From: Eledone cirrhosa
Taxonomy: Eukaryota
NCBI GenBank assembly: GCA_964016885.1
Contig: OZ024742.1
Span: 40,982,001 to 41,046,000, forward strand
Direction of reading: 5' to 3'
DNA: 64,000 bases
Positions 43,462 through 58,320 of the stretch are shown piece by piece; the stretch's first letter is position 1; every line of letters starts with the position of its first letter. The notes below the pieces were generated by a model, which was not told where the DNA came from, made no database searches, and saw nothing but the letters and a program-made list of their open reading frames with translations. A program made the translations under genes and the position numbers.

Positions 43462-45964
43462 TATATTTCTTTATTAGCCACAGGGGCACAAAAGAAGGGA
43501 ACAAATACAAAGGGGGAAGTTTACATACAATAAAAACGTGTAAAATGTTATCACAGATGGAATTTAAAAGTTAGTCGATTTTCCCCAATAGAGGGAGACA
43601 GTTTATATGGGTAACACATACCCCCGAAAAAAAATGTGCAACCCTCATCTCCAGGAGTACGAAGAGCTTGTACTCCTTTCCTCTCCTCCTCCTTTTCCTC
43701 AACCTACAGGCTGATATAGAGAGAAGGCCCATTCACTCGGGCCATTCTCGCCACTTTCACCCACCTTTCATAAAACTTGCTGGGGTACAGCACCTCTCTC
43801 TCCATCCTGATTCTTCTTCCAAAGTGGTATTTGAAAAAAAGAATCAGTTGTTGGCCGGAGAGAAAGGTGTCTGACCTCAGCCCTTTCAACCTTGTCCACC
43901 ATACAACCTCTTTCGCCATAGCTATCACACAAAGGAAAACCGCCTCTCCTTCGTTTTTGAAGGAGGGTGGCGGTTTGATCATGACAATGGACTCGGTGGT
44001 CAACTGGATTGGTCCCACCCGCGACAATAGTCGTTCTACATAGCCCCACAGGTCAGTGACGCCCGGGCAGTGTATGAATGCGTGCGCGACGGTTTCTTCG
44101 TCTCGCACGCACCTCGGACAGATCTTTTTTGCAGGGTCACTGCCCGGGCGCCCATGTCTGTAGAGCTTGTCTCGAACTGGTAGAGCTCCTCGGTAGCACT
44201 GCCAGGCCAGGGACTTTGGGAAGTTGTCCATCGGTCCCGGGCGGAAGGTCCTACCGAACAGACTGGCCAGTTCATCTTCCTCTACGCCTAGAGTTTCACC
44301 GAGCGCGTCGTCGCACTTGCTGCGGACCAACCCTCTATAGAATGATGAAGTGGAGTCTCCACTGATCGCCGGGTCCGCCTGCCAGAGGGCTGTGAGCGCC
44401 TGAGCACATTCGATGTGCCAGTCGCCCATTTTCCTCGGTCTCTGCTTGACTCAGGACTGCAGCTCGGTCAGCGAGACGAGTCGTGGGAAGGCTCGCCTCA
44501 CGAACGGGGCCCACACCGGTTGTCCGGTGAGGAATACGTAGAGATGCCGCAGCCTGAGCGCGTGTTTGCGCATCGTCAACCACGGCATCCCCAGCCCTCC
44601 GTTAGAAGGGTGTTGGCAGCAGATGGATCTTCTCACCAAAGGAGCCCGCCTCTTCCAAAGGAATCGGAAGAGCGCGCGCTCCATTTTGGCGAGCGTTTTG
44701 GCTGGACAAGGCACGACGGTCAAGCGGTAGTAGATGGCGGACGCTATAAAAGTGTTCTCCACCTCCGCTCGACCTTTCAAGGATAGTTTGCACTCGGCCC
44801 ACTTCTGGGTGAGTGCAAACACCTTGGCCGTCACTTCGTTCCAGTTCTTCTCCACCTGGAGGTCCGGACCAAACCAGACCCCGAGCAGCTTTACCGGTCC
44901 TTCCGTCCAGCGTCCGACGACGCCATCTGAAGGCATCGGTCTGCCTCTCCACGATCCGAGTTGCAAACCGATAGACTTGTCCCGGTTCAGCTTCGCTCCT
45001 GTGAGACTTTCGTATTCCTTTAGTAAGGTGCCGACTTCCTCGATTTGCGAGGCGCTCGACACCATTACTGTCACGTCGTCGGCGTAGGCCGACGCCGCTT
45101 TCCGCAGTCCCGGTTCCAGAGGGATGCCCTGCAATAGCTCCAGCTTCCGCAGTAGTGGCTCGAGAGTCAGTACGTACAGAAGGGAGGAGAGAGGGCATCC
45201 CTGTCGAATGGATCGCGTAATATGGAACGGCTCCGAGAGGTAACCGTTCACCTTGACCCTTGAGCAGATGTTGCTGTTGTGCATTGCAGCAATCCAGCCC
45301 CTGAACACGGGTCCGAAGCCTGCCGCCTCGAGCACCGCATCCAGGTAACGATGGTCAACCCTATCGAAAGCCTTAGACTGATCCAAGTTGATCAGGGCCC
45401 CACCGAAGCCGGGTTTACACCCTACCCTCTCTATGATGTATCGCATGAGGTGGAGGTTGTCGTTTATGGACCTGGTCGGGATCGCGCATGTCTGCGCTTC
45501 TCCCACCAGGTTCTCGACGACAAGCGCCAGCCTCTTTGCCAACACCTTGGCCAAAATCTGTAACTCTGTGTTTAGCAGAGTTATGGGCCGGAAGTTGCCT
45601 ATGTCATCCCCCTTATTCTCGTCCTTCCTGATTAGTGTGACCACGCCCCCGGTTACAGAACTGGGAATTCTCCCGTTCTGTTGCCAGTTGCAGTAGACCG
45701 CTTCCAGGAGACCGGAGAATAAGTCCGGCATTGCTACGTAAAATTCGTAGGGTAGACCGTCGAGACCTGGAGATTTGCGTTTGCCGCATTGGCTCAGCGC
45801 GTCCCCTATCTCAGTGGCTGAAATCGGCTTTTCGCAGAACTTTGCCTGGCTGTCCGAGAGTCGCGGTAGGCCGTCGAGGTATGGACCGAAATCCATAGCC
45901 TCTCCCGGCGCGCTGCTCCCCACGAACAGCCGAGCAAAGTGCCGCTGAAAATCCGCACACATCT
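43462..45964 (-). mobile_element. 5'-truncated L1/Tx1-clade LINE, copy 1
   Basis: ORF 44451-45962: KSPGLDGLPYEFY, FRPITLLN, LDQSKAFDRVDH, IRQGCPLS, AYADD, GGLG. In-frame continuation 43704-44429 with CPRC..ETVAHAFIHC zinc knuckle. AATAAA then (TATC)n. Confidence 0.95.
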
Positions 45965-45999
<35 letters not shown>

Positions 46000-46000
<1 letters not shown>

Positions 46001-48500
46001 TATTTCTTTATTAGCCACAGGGGCACAAAAGAAGGGGACAAATACAAAGGGGGAAGTTTACATACAATAAAAACGTGTAAAATGTTATCACAGATGGAAT
46101 TTAAAAGTTAGTCGATTTTCCCCAATAGAGGGAGACAGTTTATATGGGTAACACAGACCCCCGAAAAAAATGTGCAACCCTCATCTCCAGGAGTACGAAG
46201 AGCTTGTACTCCTTTCCTCTCCTCCTCCTTTTCCTCAACCTACAGGCTGATATAGAGAGAAGGCCCATTCACTCGGGCCATTCTCGCCACTTTCACCCAC
46301 CTTTCATAAAACTTGCTGGGGTACAGCACCTCTCTCTCCATCCTGATTCTTCTTCCAAAGTGGTATTTGAAAAAAAGAATCAGTTGTTGGCCGGAGAGAA
46401 AGGTGTCTGACCTCAGCCCTTTCAACCTTGTCCACCATACAACCTCTTTCGCCATAGCTATCACACAAAGGAAAACCGCCTCTCCTTCGTTTTTGAAGGA
46501 GGGTGGCGGTTTGATCATGACAATGGACTCGGTGGTCAACTGGATTGGTCCCACCCGCGACAATAGTCGTTCCACATAGCCCCACAGGTCAGTGACGCCC
46601 GGGCAGTGTATGAATGCGTGCGCGACGGTTTCTTCGTCTCGCACGCACCTCGGACAGATCTTTTTTGCAGGGTCCCTGCCCGGGCGCCCATGTCTGTAGA
46701 GCTTGTCTCGAACTGGTAGAGCTCCTCGGTAGCACTGCCAGGCCAGGGACTTTTGGAAGTTGTCCATCGGTCCCGGGCGGAAGGTCCTACCGAACAGACT
46801 GGCCAGTTCATCTTCCTCCACGCCTAGAGTTTCACCGAGCGCGTCGTCGCACTTGCTGCGGACCAACCCTCTATAGAATGACGAAGTGGAGTCTCCACTG
46901 ATCGCCGGGTCCGCCTGCCAGAGGGCTGTGAGCGCCTGAGCACATTCGATGTGCCAGTCGCCCATTTTCCTCGGTCTCTGCTTGACTCAGGACTGCAGCT
47001 CGGTCAGCGAGACGAGTCGTGGGAAGGCTCGCCTCACGAACGGGGCCCACACCGGTTGTCCGGTGAGGAATACGTAGAGATGCCGCAGCCTGAGCGCGTG
47101 TTTGCGCATCGTCAACCACGGCATCCCCAGCCCTCCGTTAGAAGGGTGTTGGCAGCAGATGGATCTTCTTACCAAAGGAGCCCGCCTCTTCCAAAGGAAT
47201 CGGAAGAAGGCGCGCTCCATTTTGGCGAGCGTTTTGGCTGGACAAGGCACGACGGTCAAGCGGTAGTAGATGGCGGACGCTATAAAAGTGTTCGCCACCT
47301 CCGCTCGACCTTTCAAGGATAGTTTGCACTCGGCCCACTTCTGGGTGAGTGCAAACACCTTGGCCGTCACTTCGTTCCAGTTCTTCTCCACCTGGAGGTC
47401 CGGACCAAACCAGACCCCGAGCAGCTTTACCGGTCCTTCCGTCCAGCGTCCGACGACGCCATCGGAAGGCATCGGTCTGCCTCTCCACGATCCGAGTTGC
47501 AAACCGATGGACTTGTCCCGGTTCAGCTTCGCTCCTGTGAGACTTTCGTATTCCTTTAGTAAGGTGCCGACTTCCTCGATTTGCGAGGCGCTCGACACCA
47601 TTACTGTCACGTCGTCGGCGTAGGCCGACGCCGCTTTCCGCAGTCCCGGTTCCAGAGGGATGCCCTGCAATAGCTCCAGCTTCCGCAGTAGTGGCTCGAG
47701 AGTCAGTACGTACAGAAGGGAGGAGAGAGGGCATCCCTGTCGAATGGATCGCGTAATATGGAACGGCTCCGAGAGGTAACCGTTCACCTTGACCCTTGAG
47801 CAGATGTTGCTGTTGTGCATTGCAGCAATCCAGCCCCTGAACACGGGTCCGAAGCCTGCCGCCTCGAGCACCGCATCCAGGTAACGATGGTCAACCCTAT
47901 CGAAAGCCTTAGACTGATCCAAGTTGATCAGGGCCCCACCGAAGCCGGGTTTACACCCTACCCTCTCTATGATGTATCGCATGAGGTGGAGGTTGTCGTT
48001 TATGGACCTGGTCGGGATCGCGCATGTCTGCGCTTCTCCCACCAGGTTCTCGACGACAAGCGCCAGCCTCTTTGCCAACACCTTGGCCAAAATCTGTAAC
48101 TCTGTGTTTAGCAGAGTTATGGGCCGGAAGTTGCCTATGTCATCCCCCTTATTCTCGTCCTTCCTGATTAGTGTGACCACGCCCCCGGTTACAGAACTGG
48201 GAATTCTCCCGTTCTGTTGCCAGTTGCAGTAGACCGCTTCCAGGAGACCGGAGAATAAGTCCGGCATTGCTACGTAAAATTCGTAGGGTAGACCGTCGAG
48301 ACCTGGAGATTTGCGTTTGCCGCATTGGCTCAGCGCGTCCCCTATCTCAGTGGCTGAAATCGGCTTTTCGCAGAACTTTGCCTGGCTGTCCGAGAGTCGC
48401 GGTAGGCCGTCGAGGTATGGACCGAAATCCATAGCCTCTCCCGGCGCGCTGCTCCCCACGAACAGCCGAGCAAAGTGCCGCTGAAAATCCGCACACATCT
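46000..48500 (-). mobile_element. 5'-truncated L1/Tx1-clade LINE, copy 2 (tandem)
   Basis: ORFs 46987-48498 and 46240-46965 are near-identical to copy 1 (offset 2536); same truncation point and same premature stop. Confidence 0.95.
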
Positions 48501-48568
<68 letters not shown>

Positions 48569-48570
48569 TA
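48501..48570. repeat. (GATA)n microsatellite (also 43442-43461, 45965-46000)
   Basis: Direct reading. Confidence 0.95.
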
Positions 48571-48936
48571 TTTATATATATATAAAGAGAGAGAGGGGCG
48601 GGGAGAGAGATGTTATTCTACATACAGTCTCGCATTGCAAGCTGCATGTGGAATATAAAACGATATGTACACACACACACACACACACACAGCACCCGTG
48701 CGCACGCGTACATACCATCATACACTCACACAAACACATACATATAATATTTGAAATAAAATCTCGAAGATATAAAAGGAAATATTTCTTTGTGCAAAGG
48801 TTATTAGTAAAGAACTCTATGAACTCAGAAAAAATAACCAAATTCCGAGAAATAAATATCTATAGTAATACAGTGATCTAAATACGAAATGGCAATCGAG
48901 AAAAGAGTGATAGTTATAGATCTCGAGTCGTTAGAG

Positions 48937-49944
48937 CAGAGGTTCTCAAACGTTTTGGGCCACGTAACACCCTCAGCACCCCCAACTCTATTTCCAGAGA
49001 GACCTACCTACACACAAATTGTAAATAATATATAATAAAGAAAATCGTTCATTTATATATAATAAATAATATAATATATACTATGTATAAATAATGATTA
49101 TATATTTTTTATTTTACTATATTTATATATAATATGTATCATTTGATATTTAATATGCTATTATATCATCTGTATACAATACTATAAAAATATTATAAAT
49201 GATAAATTCTTAGCATTCTCCAATCTACCACCAAAAAACAGACCTTCTACATACGCAATAAAAAAAATGCACAAATTTACAACACATATTGGATAAGTTA
49301 ATAGTATACCACTAAAACAACCCATCCAGATAAGTTTATAGCGAGGAGGTTCAATGAGAAGGATGTTTAGTGAAGTGAAAGTAGGCTCTCAGTCTCAGGC
49401 TGAATTGTACTAAGAATAAATCTGAGATCTCCACACTCCGTAATTCAGAGCTTTTACCACTGATTTGTAAGAAGGTGAGTGACCGCACTGAATCCTCTCT
49501 CAACCAAATATGATGTTGGAAAGGCAATGAAGAACAATTATCTGCCAAAGCTCCAGATAGTGGTCACTTATAGCCCTTTGAAACCAAAATTCTTGATGTC
49601 ATTTGCGGAATTTAGGCTTCAACTCAATGTCATTTTGAAGAGTTATCAGCTCCTCTTCTAACTCTCCACTCTGTTCTCCAACCTATGGTTGACAATCCAT
49701 TCAAGAACTCGAATAGCAAACAGATCATGAAATTGTCGCTCCATGTCGTCCTGGGTAAAATGTTAAGTAGAAGAAAGAACGCGAGACAAGTTTTCACACT
49801 TACGGGCGCGTCCATTTGCATGAGCAGAATGACACTTACTTCCTCTCTGTTCCTCCCAACGCCCCCTTTTTTCTTTACTGTAGCTGCCCCTGGACCTTCT
49901 CAACGCCCCTCGGGTGGAGGTAGCGCCCACTTTAAAAATCTCTG
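48937..49944 (-). mobile_element. Internally deleted hAT-Charlie/Buster DNA transposon
   Basis: TIRs CAGAGGTTCTCAAA / TTTAAAAATCTCTG; 8-bp TSD CGTTAGAG (48929-36) / CGCTAGAG (49945-52); minus strand ~49350-49535 reads FFIAFPTSYLVERGFSAVTHLL..GDLRF..HPSH*. Confidence 0.88.
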
Positions 49945-50274
49945 CGCTAGAGTTTCGAATTGAAAATGTCTTCGTATTTCTTGAGAATTTACGTTATAGA
50001 TACTCGTGTCTGTGAAAAGCTCAACCACTTATTCCTTAATTTCCTGAGCAGGCTGTTCCGTTGATCAAACGACTAGAGCACTCTTTTTCGTCAGAACCGA
50101 CGGAGGCCCAACACACCTAACACATTGTATAGATCAAACTAATCAACTAATTTTGTTTCTTAGTAAAAAGGGAAAAGTCGACTCCGCTGAGATTTCGAAT
50201 CTGAAGTGAATGAAACAACAAAATATTTTGCAATAAATTTAGTCTGGCGTCCTACTGTCTCGCTTATCTCCTCC

Positions 50275-50628
50275 CCCACCACTACAACTACTGCCAACCG
50301 CCATAACCACCACTACCACCATCGCCACCACCACCACTATCACTATCACAGCCACTAACACCACAAGTATCACCTCCGCCACCATCCACAATCACTGCCA
50401 CAGCCACTAACACCACAAGTATGACCCCCGCCACCACCACCATCACTGCCATCCACCATTACAGTAGCCACCATTATCCCCATCACCACTACCTCCATCA
50501 TTACTACAACAAACAGTACCATCATCATCACCATCATTACCACCACCACCACTACTATCACCGCTACTAACCAACCACACCATCATTACCATTGCCACTA
50601 CAACAACCACAACAAGAACAACCACTAT
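50275..50628. repeat. Degenerate (ACC/ATC/ACT)n trinucleotide tract
   Basis: Direct reading. Confidence 0.85.
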
Positions 50629-50944
50629 TGTCCGCTTTAACTAGGAAAAACATTGATGTAGTGAGATGCCTTGTTTTAAACAGGAAGATTTCTTCAGTGC
50701 TTGTTGCCATAATAATCATTGTTATCTACGGTGAAAGGTTAAGGTTTTGAACTATTTCGACCGGAGAATATTATAGACAGAGTTCAAACTGTACACTGTC
50801 TTTACTTCGACTCCCCAACGCTCTCATATTCGATATTATTATTATTGAAATTCTTGCGAACAAGCGCTCACGTGTGTGTGTGTGTGCGTGTGCGTGTGTG
50901 TGTGCGTGTGTGTGTGTGCGTGTGTGTGTGTTCGACGTATGTTA

Positions 50945-51285
50945 GTTATGACGACGAGTGTTCCAGTTTGATCAACTAAACAAGAAGCCCGCTCGTGAAA
51001 TTAACGTGCAAGTGGCTGAGCGTTCCATATATGACCACCACTAACACTCCAATTATCACTATCCACTACTCCCACTGTCACATTGTTGACGTAGTTCTCC
51101 GGAAGGTTCAACCGTGCCACAATGTGTGACACGGCTACCCTCTTTGGATACAAGTACAACTCATTTTTTCCCCATCTGAGTGGATTGCAGCAACGTGAAA
51201 TAAAATATGAGGCTCAAGGATACGACGAACAGCCGGGATTCAAACATAGGATTGTGAACCGAAAACCCTAACCAATAAGCCACAC
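50945..51285 (-). mobile_element. Degenerate tRNA-SINE (37100 family)
   Basis: GCTCAAGGATACGACG..GGGATTCAAAC..CTAACCAATAAGCCAC head on the minus strand; CGTGAAATTAACGTGCAAGTGGC body shared with ~28810-28840. Confidence 0.55.
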
Positions 51286-51334
51286 ATTAGATTTTGTAAT
51301 GAACCGTGCCGAAAAATTCCGTCAGATTGAAATA

Positions 51335-51745
51335 ATTTTCTACTTTTGAAGGGAAGGGGAAAATCGATTAAATCGATCCCAGTACGTTACTCTATCGACC
51401 CTGCAAGGATGAAGGACAAAGCTAACCCTTAGCGGGATTTGAACTCAGAACGTAGAGTCGTAACTCTATGCTGTAAAGCATGTCCGTGCTCTACTGATAC
51501 TGCCATTCCTCCGTCAGATCAAAATAATGGTTTCTGATTTAGGCACAAAGCCAACAATTTGGGGGGAAGGGAAAGTCGATTAAATCGATCCCAGTACGTT
51601 ACTGGGTCTTTATTTTATCGACCCCGTAAGGATGAAAGGCAAAGCTAACCTGGGCGGGATTTGAACTCAGAACGTTAAGAGATGTAACTCTATGCTGCGA
51701 AGCATGGTGTCCGACGCTCAACCGATTCTGCTTATCCAACGCCCT
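51335..51745 (-). mobile_element. Two adjacent Deu/Nin-domain SINEs (51335-51512, 51528-51745)
   Basis: TATCGACCC..AAGGATGAA..CAAAGCTAACC..GCGGGATTTGAACTCAGAACG twice. Confidence 0.8.
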
Positions 51746-52012
51746 TGTTTGATTATATAATAGCACTGAATGTTCAAGTGACACATATATCTACACAAAC
51801 ATAACTATTTTAAATTAATTTTGCTTCGCAATTATCAGGTCCCAGGTTGGATCCCACTGAGTGTCAGCTTGGGCAAGTGTCAGTACCACAGCTTCGAGTC
51901 AACCCAGCCATGTGAGAAAAATTGGATTGACAGAAACTTTGTTATTCAAAAGTACAACAAAGATTGTCACCTATATACATAATGTGTGTGTGTGCGCGTG
52001 TGTGTGTGTGTG

Positions 52013-52045
<33 letters not shown>

Positions 52046-52286
52046 AGGAGACAAGGAAAATTGACTGGGTTTATAAATAAACATTGGTTCATATTATATA
52101 CGTACGTGTATGAGTGCGTATGTGTATGTCTGTGTGTGAGTACGTGTATGTGTGTGTGTGTGTGTGTGTATGCGTGTATAAGATGGTCGGCTGAAAAGTT
52201 CATAGGCTGACACCGTAGAAGTGATGCCACCTATTACAACTAACACTGAGTAACATTATTAACTCCCCCCATCAGTCACACCTGCG

Positions 52287-52375
<89 letters not shown>

Positions 52376-52456
52376 GGTAAACAGAAATAACAATACAATC
52401 GGTGCAGTATATGGAAGGGATATATCAGGTTAACGCTTGATATAGCAGGAAGAGGG

Positions 52457-52492
52457 TCTTAACGTTTCGGACGCTAGTCCTTCATCAGAAGA
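52457..52492 (-). ncRNA. Minimal type I hammerhead of classic PLE form
   Basis: TCTT-CTGATGA-a-GGAC TAGC GTCC-GAAAC-GTT-AAGA; palindrome AACGTT. Confidence 0.82.
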
Positions 52493-52836
52493 AAGAATGA
52501 GAAATAAGATAGATTGAAGGGACGGGCGGGTTGGAATTGGAAAAATGTCTTTAGATAAAAATATCATATATATGTATATAAATATGTATATATAAATATA
52601 TATATATAAATAATATATATGCTTGCGTATCTGCGCACAAACTACGCCCAACAACACACGATCACTTCTATCACCTCACTCACTCATATACACCAACACA
52701 TGGGTAGACTAACACAAATCTCTAACAGAACATCAACAAAGTCTTCCCTCACCACAATATCAGTTTTTCACACACATCCACACATAAGTAATGAAACACA
52801 CAGACACCCATTCACATGCGCACACACACAGACTCA

Positions 52837-52960
<124 letters not shown>

Positions 52961-53116
52961 ATCACTCCCGGAATATAAATATATATGTAAAATATATAAA
53001 ACATACAAAATATTATAATCAATTTATTCTAAAACTTTTCTTTAACAACCTATAAAGAACCTTTATCCTTACATGGACAGCTTACCATTTGACTGACAGA
53101 TCAATCACCTAAGACA

Positions 53117-53207
53117 CGCCCCTGATGAGATAGCTAGTCATCTGCAGGTAGTTTTGTCAGCATTCCAAAATTACCTGTCGAAACGGCAAGAGCTCAACTG
53201 TCGGGCG
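53117..53207 (+). ncRNA. Complete type I hammerhead (GAGCTC family)
   Basis: CGCCC-CTGATGA-GATAG..CTGTC-GAAAC-GG caaGAGCTCaa CT-GTC-GGGCG; followed by a tail homologous to 20040-20120 and 39196-39260. Confidence 0.85.
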
Positions 53208-53287
53208 CCGACTCTTTCTATTATAGTCACACTCTACTATCTCAAGTATCAAGTACTCTCTTGAATAATGGTCTTACCAGTTTAATA

Positions 53288-53385
53288 TACAGGCTGTCCC
53301 CCAAAAATGTATACACACTTTAACAGCATTCTAATAAATATTGCCTGTACAGGTAATCAAAGTGTGTACACATTTTTGGGAACGT
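53288..53385. mobile_element. Tc1/mariner-type MITE
   Basis: TACAGGCTGTCCCCCAAAAATGTATACACACTTT...AAAGTGTGTACACATTTTTGGG inverted arms; related to 19197-19262. Confidence 0.7.
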
Positions 53386-53431
53386 GAATTTATGTATGTG
53401 AATGTGCGTGTGAATGTGCGTGTGAATGTGC

Positions 53432-53501
<70 letters not shown>

Positions 53502-53578
53502 ATATATACATATATATATACATATATATGTATATATACGTATATATGTATACACATATATATATATATATACATATG

Positions 53579-53677
<99 letters not shown>

Positions 53678-54321
53678 TTATATATATATATATGTATGTG
53701 TGTATGTATCTATAGATATATATGTGTGCGTGTGTGCGTGTGTGTATGTGTGTGTTTACAATGACCTAGATTAGCATTTAAAAATACTGTCGGATCAGTA
53801 ACAGTGTTGTATGATAGATGCTAACTTCAATTTCTGATGCCATGTATCAATAGGTTTGACATAATAGAGTTTAATTAGAGAGAGCGTCCTATTATAATAG
53901 TACTGTCTAGAATTGTGCCAAATGTTAGCATCTCCAATATTGTATTTAGAGACTTCTGCTATATATATATATATTTATATATATTTATGTATACCGAGGC
54001 GATAGTGTGTATATATATATATAGCGCTGATGTTGGATGCTATATGTGATGTATATAGGTGATATACGATGTAAGTTATATATTTTGCACTCAGCCTCAC
54101 CGCTATGTCCGGGTCAGTATAAAATCTTTTCCTGGGTCCTGTATTTTCGTTGCTCTAGTGATGCGGCTGGACTGCCGACCGCTATATCTGATTTGCTAAG
54201 CTGTCTGAACGTAATCTTATTACTTTGGGGTCTTTCCTCATCTGAGTGCTCAAGCTACAGACCGATTATGCATATACGCTAGCTTGCCCGTATTCTAAAG
54301 CTTCGTCAATGCTGTACTAAA

Positions 54322-55183
<862 letters not shown>

Positions 55184-55212
55184 AGAGTGTGAGAGATATA
55201 TATATATAGATA

Positions 55213-56180
55213 GATAAACGGAAAAAATGAAACGAAATTTCATTTCCCACTCTTAGTACGGCTGTTACTTAAATATAAGTATGTACATGTACATACATAT
55301 ATGTATACAGACGTACAGTAGCATGCATATATATATACATACATGCACACACATATATATGTACGTGTGGATTCACCGAACATTTATTATAATGCTCGGT
55401 GTGTTTGTAAACAAACATCCCGTATTAAGCCGTAGTGTCTAGCAACCATCGTTGCTCGTTTGTTCAACACTGACAAAGGAACGCTGCTCTAGTTTCAAGC
55501 TTATTAGCTATCGTCAGCAACGTATACCTTCCTGACAGATGATTGAACGTCTGAAAGTATATACTTTCCTTATGCATATTTACGGCTGAGTAGCCCAATT
55601 TGCATATCGAGTGGGTTAATCGGCCGGGTGCACCGAAAACGATAAACGTAAAAAATGTTCGGTGAATCCACACGTACATATATATATGTGTACATGTATG
55701 TATATATATATATACATACTACTGTACGTCTGTATACATATATGTATGTACGTGTACATACTTATATTTAAGTAACAGCCGTACTAAGAGTGGGAAACTT
55801 TTTCCGTTTATCGTTTTCGGTGCACACAGCCGATTAACCCACTCGATATGCAAATTGGGCTACTCAGCCGTTAATATACATAAGGAAAGTATATACTTTC
55901 AGACGTTCAATCATCTGGCAGGAAGGTATACGTTGCTGACGATAGCTAATAAACTTGAAACTAGTACAGCGTCCCTTTGTCAGTGTTGAACAAACGAGCA
56001 ACGATGGTTGCTAGACACTACGGCTTAATACGGGATGTTTGTTTACAATCACACCGAGCATTATAATAAATGTTCGGTGAATCCACACGTACATATATAT
56101 ATGTGTGCATGTATGTATATATATATACATACTACTGTACGTCTGTATACATATATATATATGTACGTATACATACTTAT
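55213..56180. mobile_element. 422-bp family locus 2: minus unit (55213-55650) head-to-head with plus unit(s) (55653-56180)
   Basis: Close match to 39622-41248; HHRs at 55481-55523 (-, cleavage GTA->GAG) and 55930-55972 (+, stem II mismatch). Confidence 0.9.
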
Positions 56181-56551
56181 AGATAGATAGATAGCTATAG
56201 ATATATTATATATATATAAATAGATAGATATAGATATATTATATATATACATATATATATGTATGTATATATTATACATATATTTATGTGTGTGTGTAAT
56301 TGTGTGTGAGTAATTGTGTGTATGTGTGTGGGGGGTGCGCGCGCGTGTGTGTGTGTGTGTGTGTGCGTGTGTGCGTGTGTGTGCACGTATGTGTGCTCTG
56401 GAAGGCTGGTTGAGATCAGTATTGTAACATATGTATGTATACATAATTAAAGGTTTACTTAAATTGATGACTATTCCCTGAGTTATGTTCGACGCACTAT
56501 CTTCAGGATATTGAATTCATAATGGTCATAGCTACTGGCTAATATATATAT

Positions 56552-56673
<122 letters not shown>

Positions 56674-56710
56674 GTACAGAACAATCAAATCTATGTTTAA
56701 TACATTTTGT

Positions 56711-56757
56711 TGCTGACAATCGTTTCTTCCAAACAGTTGTTTGGATTCATCGGAGTA
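56711..56757 (-). ncRNA. Minimal hammerhead, CCGATGA core variant
   Basis: TACT-CCGATGA-aTCCAAACA ac TGTTTGGAa-GAAAC-GATT-GTC-AGCA; one stem I mismatch. Confidence 0.72.
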
Positions 56758-58080
56758 TTGGCAAAGTTTAAACACATAAATAAATTCCTATTCTACAAAA
56801 CATTCATAAAGATACGTTGATACTATTGCTGCTATTAATAGTGTCATATTCAAATCATCTTTGTCTACATAAGTCTGGAAGAACCTTTCAAGCATTATAC
56901 AAATTTAGAAAAAAATACCGACTATGATGAAAAAAATATTGACTATTATTAAAATAATGTTATTATATATATAATGTTTTGCCTTACCTTAAAAATGGTA
57001 TATCGTTTTTATATAGTAAATTAATCTTATGATAAGACTCAGTATCCTAAGTTCGGATTTAGAATGGTCATTGTATAACTAGAAATTTCTGAATTTGAAA
57101 TATCTTTTGGCTTTCAAAGCACTTAGATAACATAAATGATCACATAAGTTGAACGAGTTATCTTCCTTTGTTTACATTCTTCGTAAATACTTTTGTTCTA
57201 TATCAAATGGATTGATAATGTATATTTAACCTGATTTATACAGTTAAATAATATACGAAAAATCCTTAAAGGGAAACTATATATAATAAGATGTAATTAC
57301 AGAAGTAAAATCGAAATAATAATACTTTTAAGAGTAAATATAATTACTTATTAATCCTGTAATGAAATGACAACCAATGAATTGAAATGTTTTTATAATG
57401 AAAATAGAATAATTCAGATAATAATTATATAAAATACATATACTGATGGTGATATATGCATAGGTTGTAGTAAATATCCTTATACATATTTAATATGTAT
57501 TTAAACTTGCTTTATAGATAAAAATGCTTTTGAATTTAGTAACAAAATATTTAGTAAATATATTAATTAAACTATGCTTCTAATTATTATCAAAAATATT
57601 TTTATATTGTTCAATTTTATATTGTTCAATATAATAGTATAATTAGCTTAAACATAACCAAATACAAAAGATATTAACAATTTTCATGGTATTTAATTGG
57701 TCGCTTCTATTTGACTTAATATTTGAAAGCAACCGTTACATATCATTTCTCTTATTTCTTTCTTTCATTCTTTCTCTCTTTCCTTTTTGCAGTTACGTCT
57801 TTCTTCTACTCTCTCTCTTCCTTTTTCTTCTCTAACACGTATATTTATGTATTTAAATATTTATGTATGTATGTATTTTATTTATTTCTTCTCGCATTTC
57901 CTCATTATCACCCCCTCCTTATACCTATATCTCGCTCCACATCCTCTTCTTCGTTAAATTTAAGTTTATCATGTTATTATTTGTGGTATATAAATGTTGA
58001 GATTTGTTGTAATAAATCACTGCCAATACTGGAATTGAACCATCAAGACCGTTGAGGTATGTCATACATCAATTCATGTA

Positions 58081-58144
58081 TTTTATCTGACGAGGACGTA
58101 CTGAAAGGAAACAGCACAGTACCTTCAAAATATATATAATAAAA
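58081..58144 (+). ncRNA. Degenerate hammerhead (G12->A)
   Basis: TTTTAT-CTGACGA-GGAcGTACTG..CAGTACcTTC-AAAA-TATATA-TA-ATAAAA. Confidence 0.6.
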
Positions 58145-58320
58145 CATATATTTTGATTATGTGAATGTCTTCATTTATTAATATTTTTAATAATATTAAT
58201 TACTCCAGAAAACTTCACTGTTGAGTGCTTTTAATCTATTGTAAAACTATATTCATTGAGTAATCAATGAACCATATTAATCTTTGGTTATATATATATA
58301 TATGTGGGGGGGGGGGGGGG

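Noticed and set aside
43768-48232. Overlapping alternative-frame and antisense ORFs in the Tx1 copies
   Set aside because: GC-rich shadow ORFs of the RT frame.
52180-52215. Mariner-like TIR (GGTCGGCTGAAAAGTTCATAGG)
   Set aside because: Partner TIR not found; not called as a feature.
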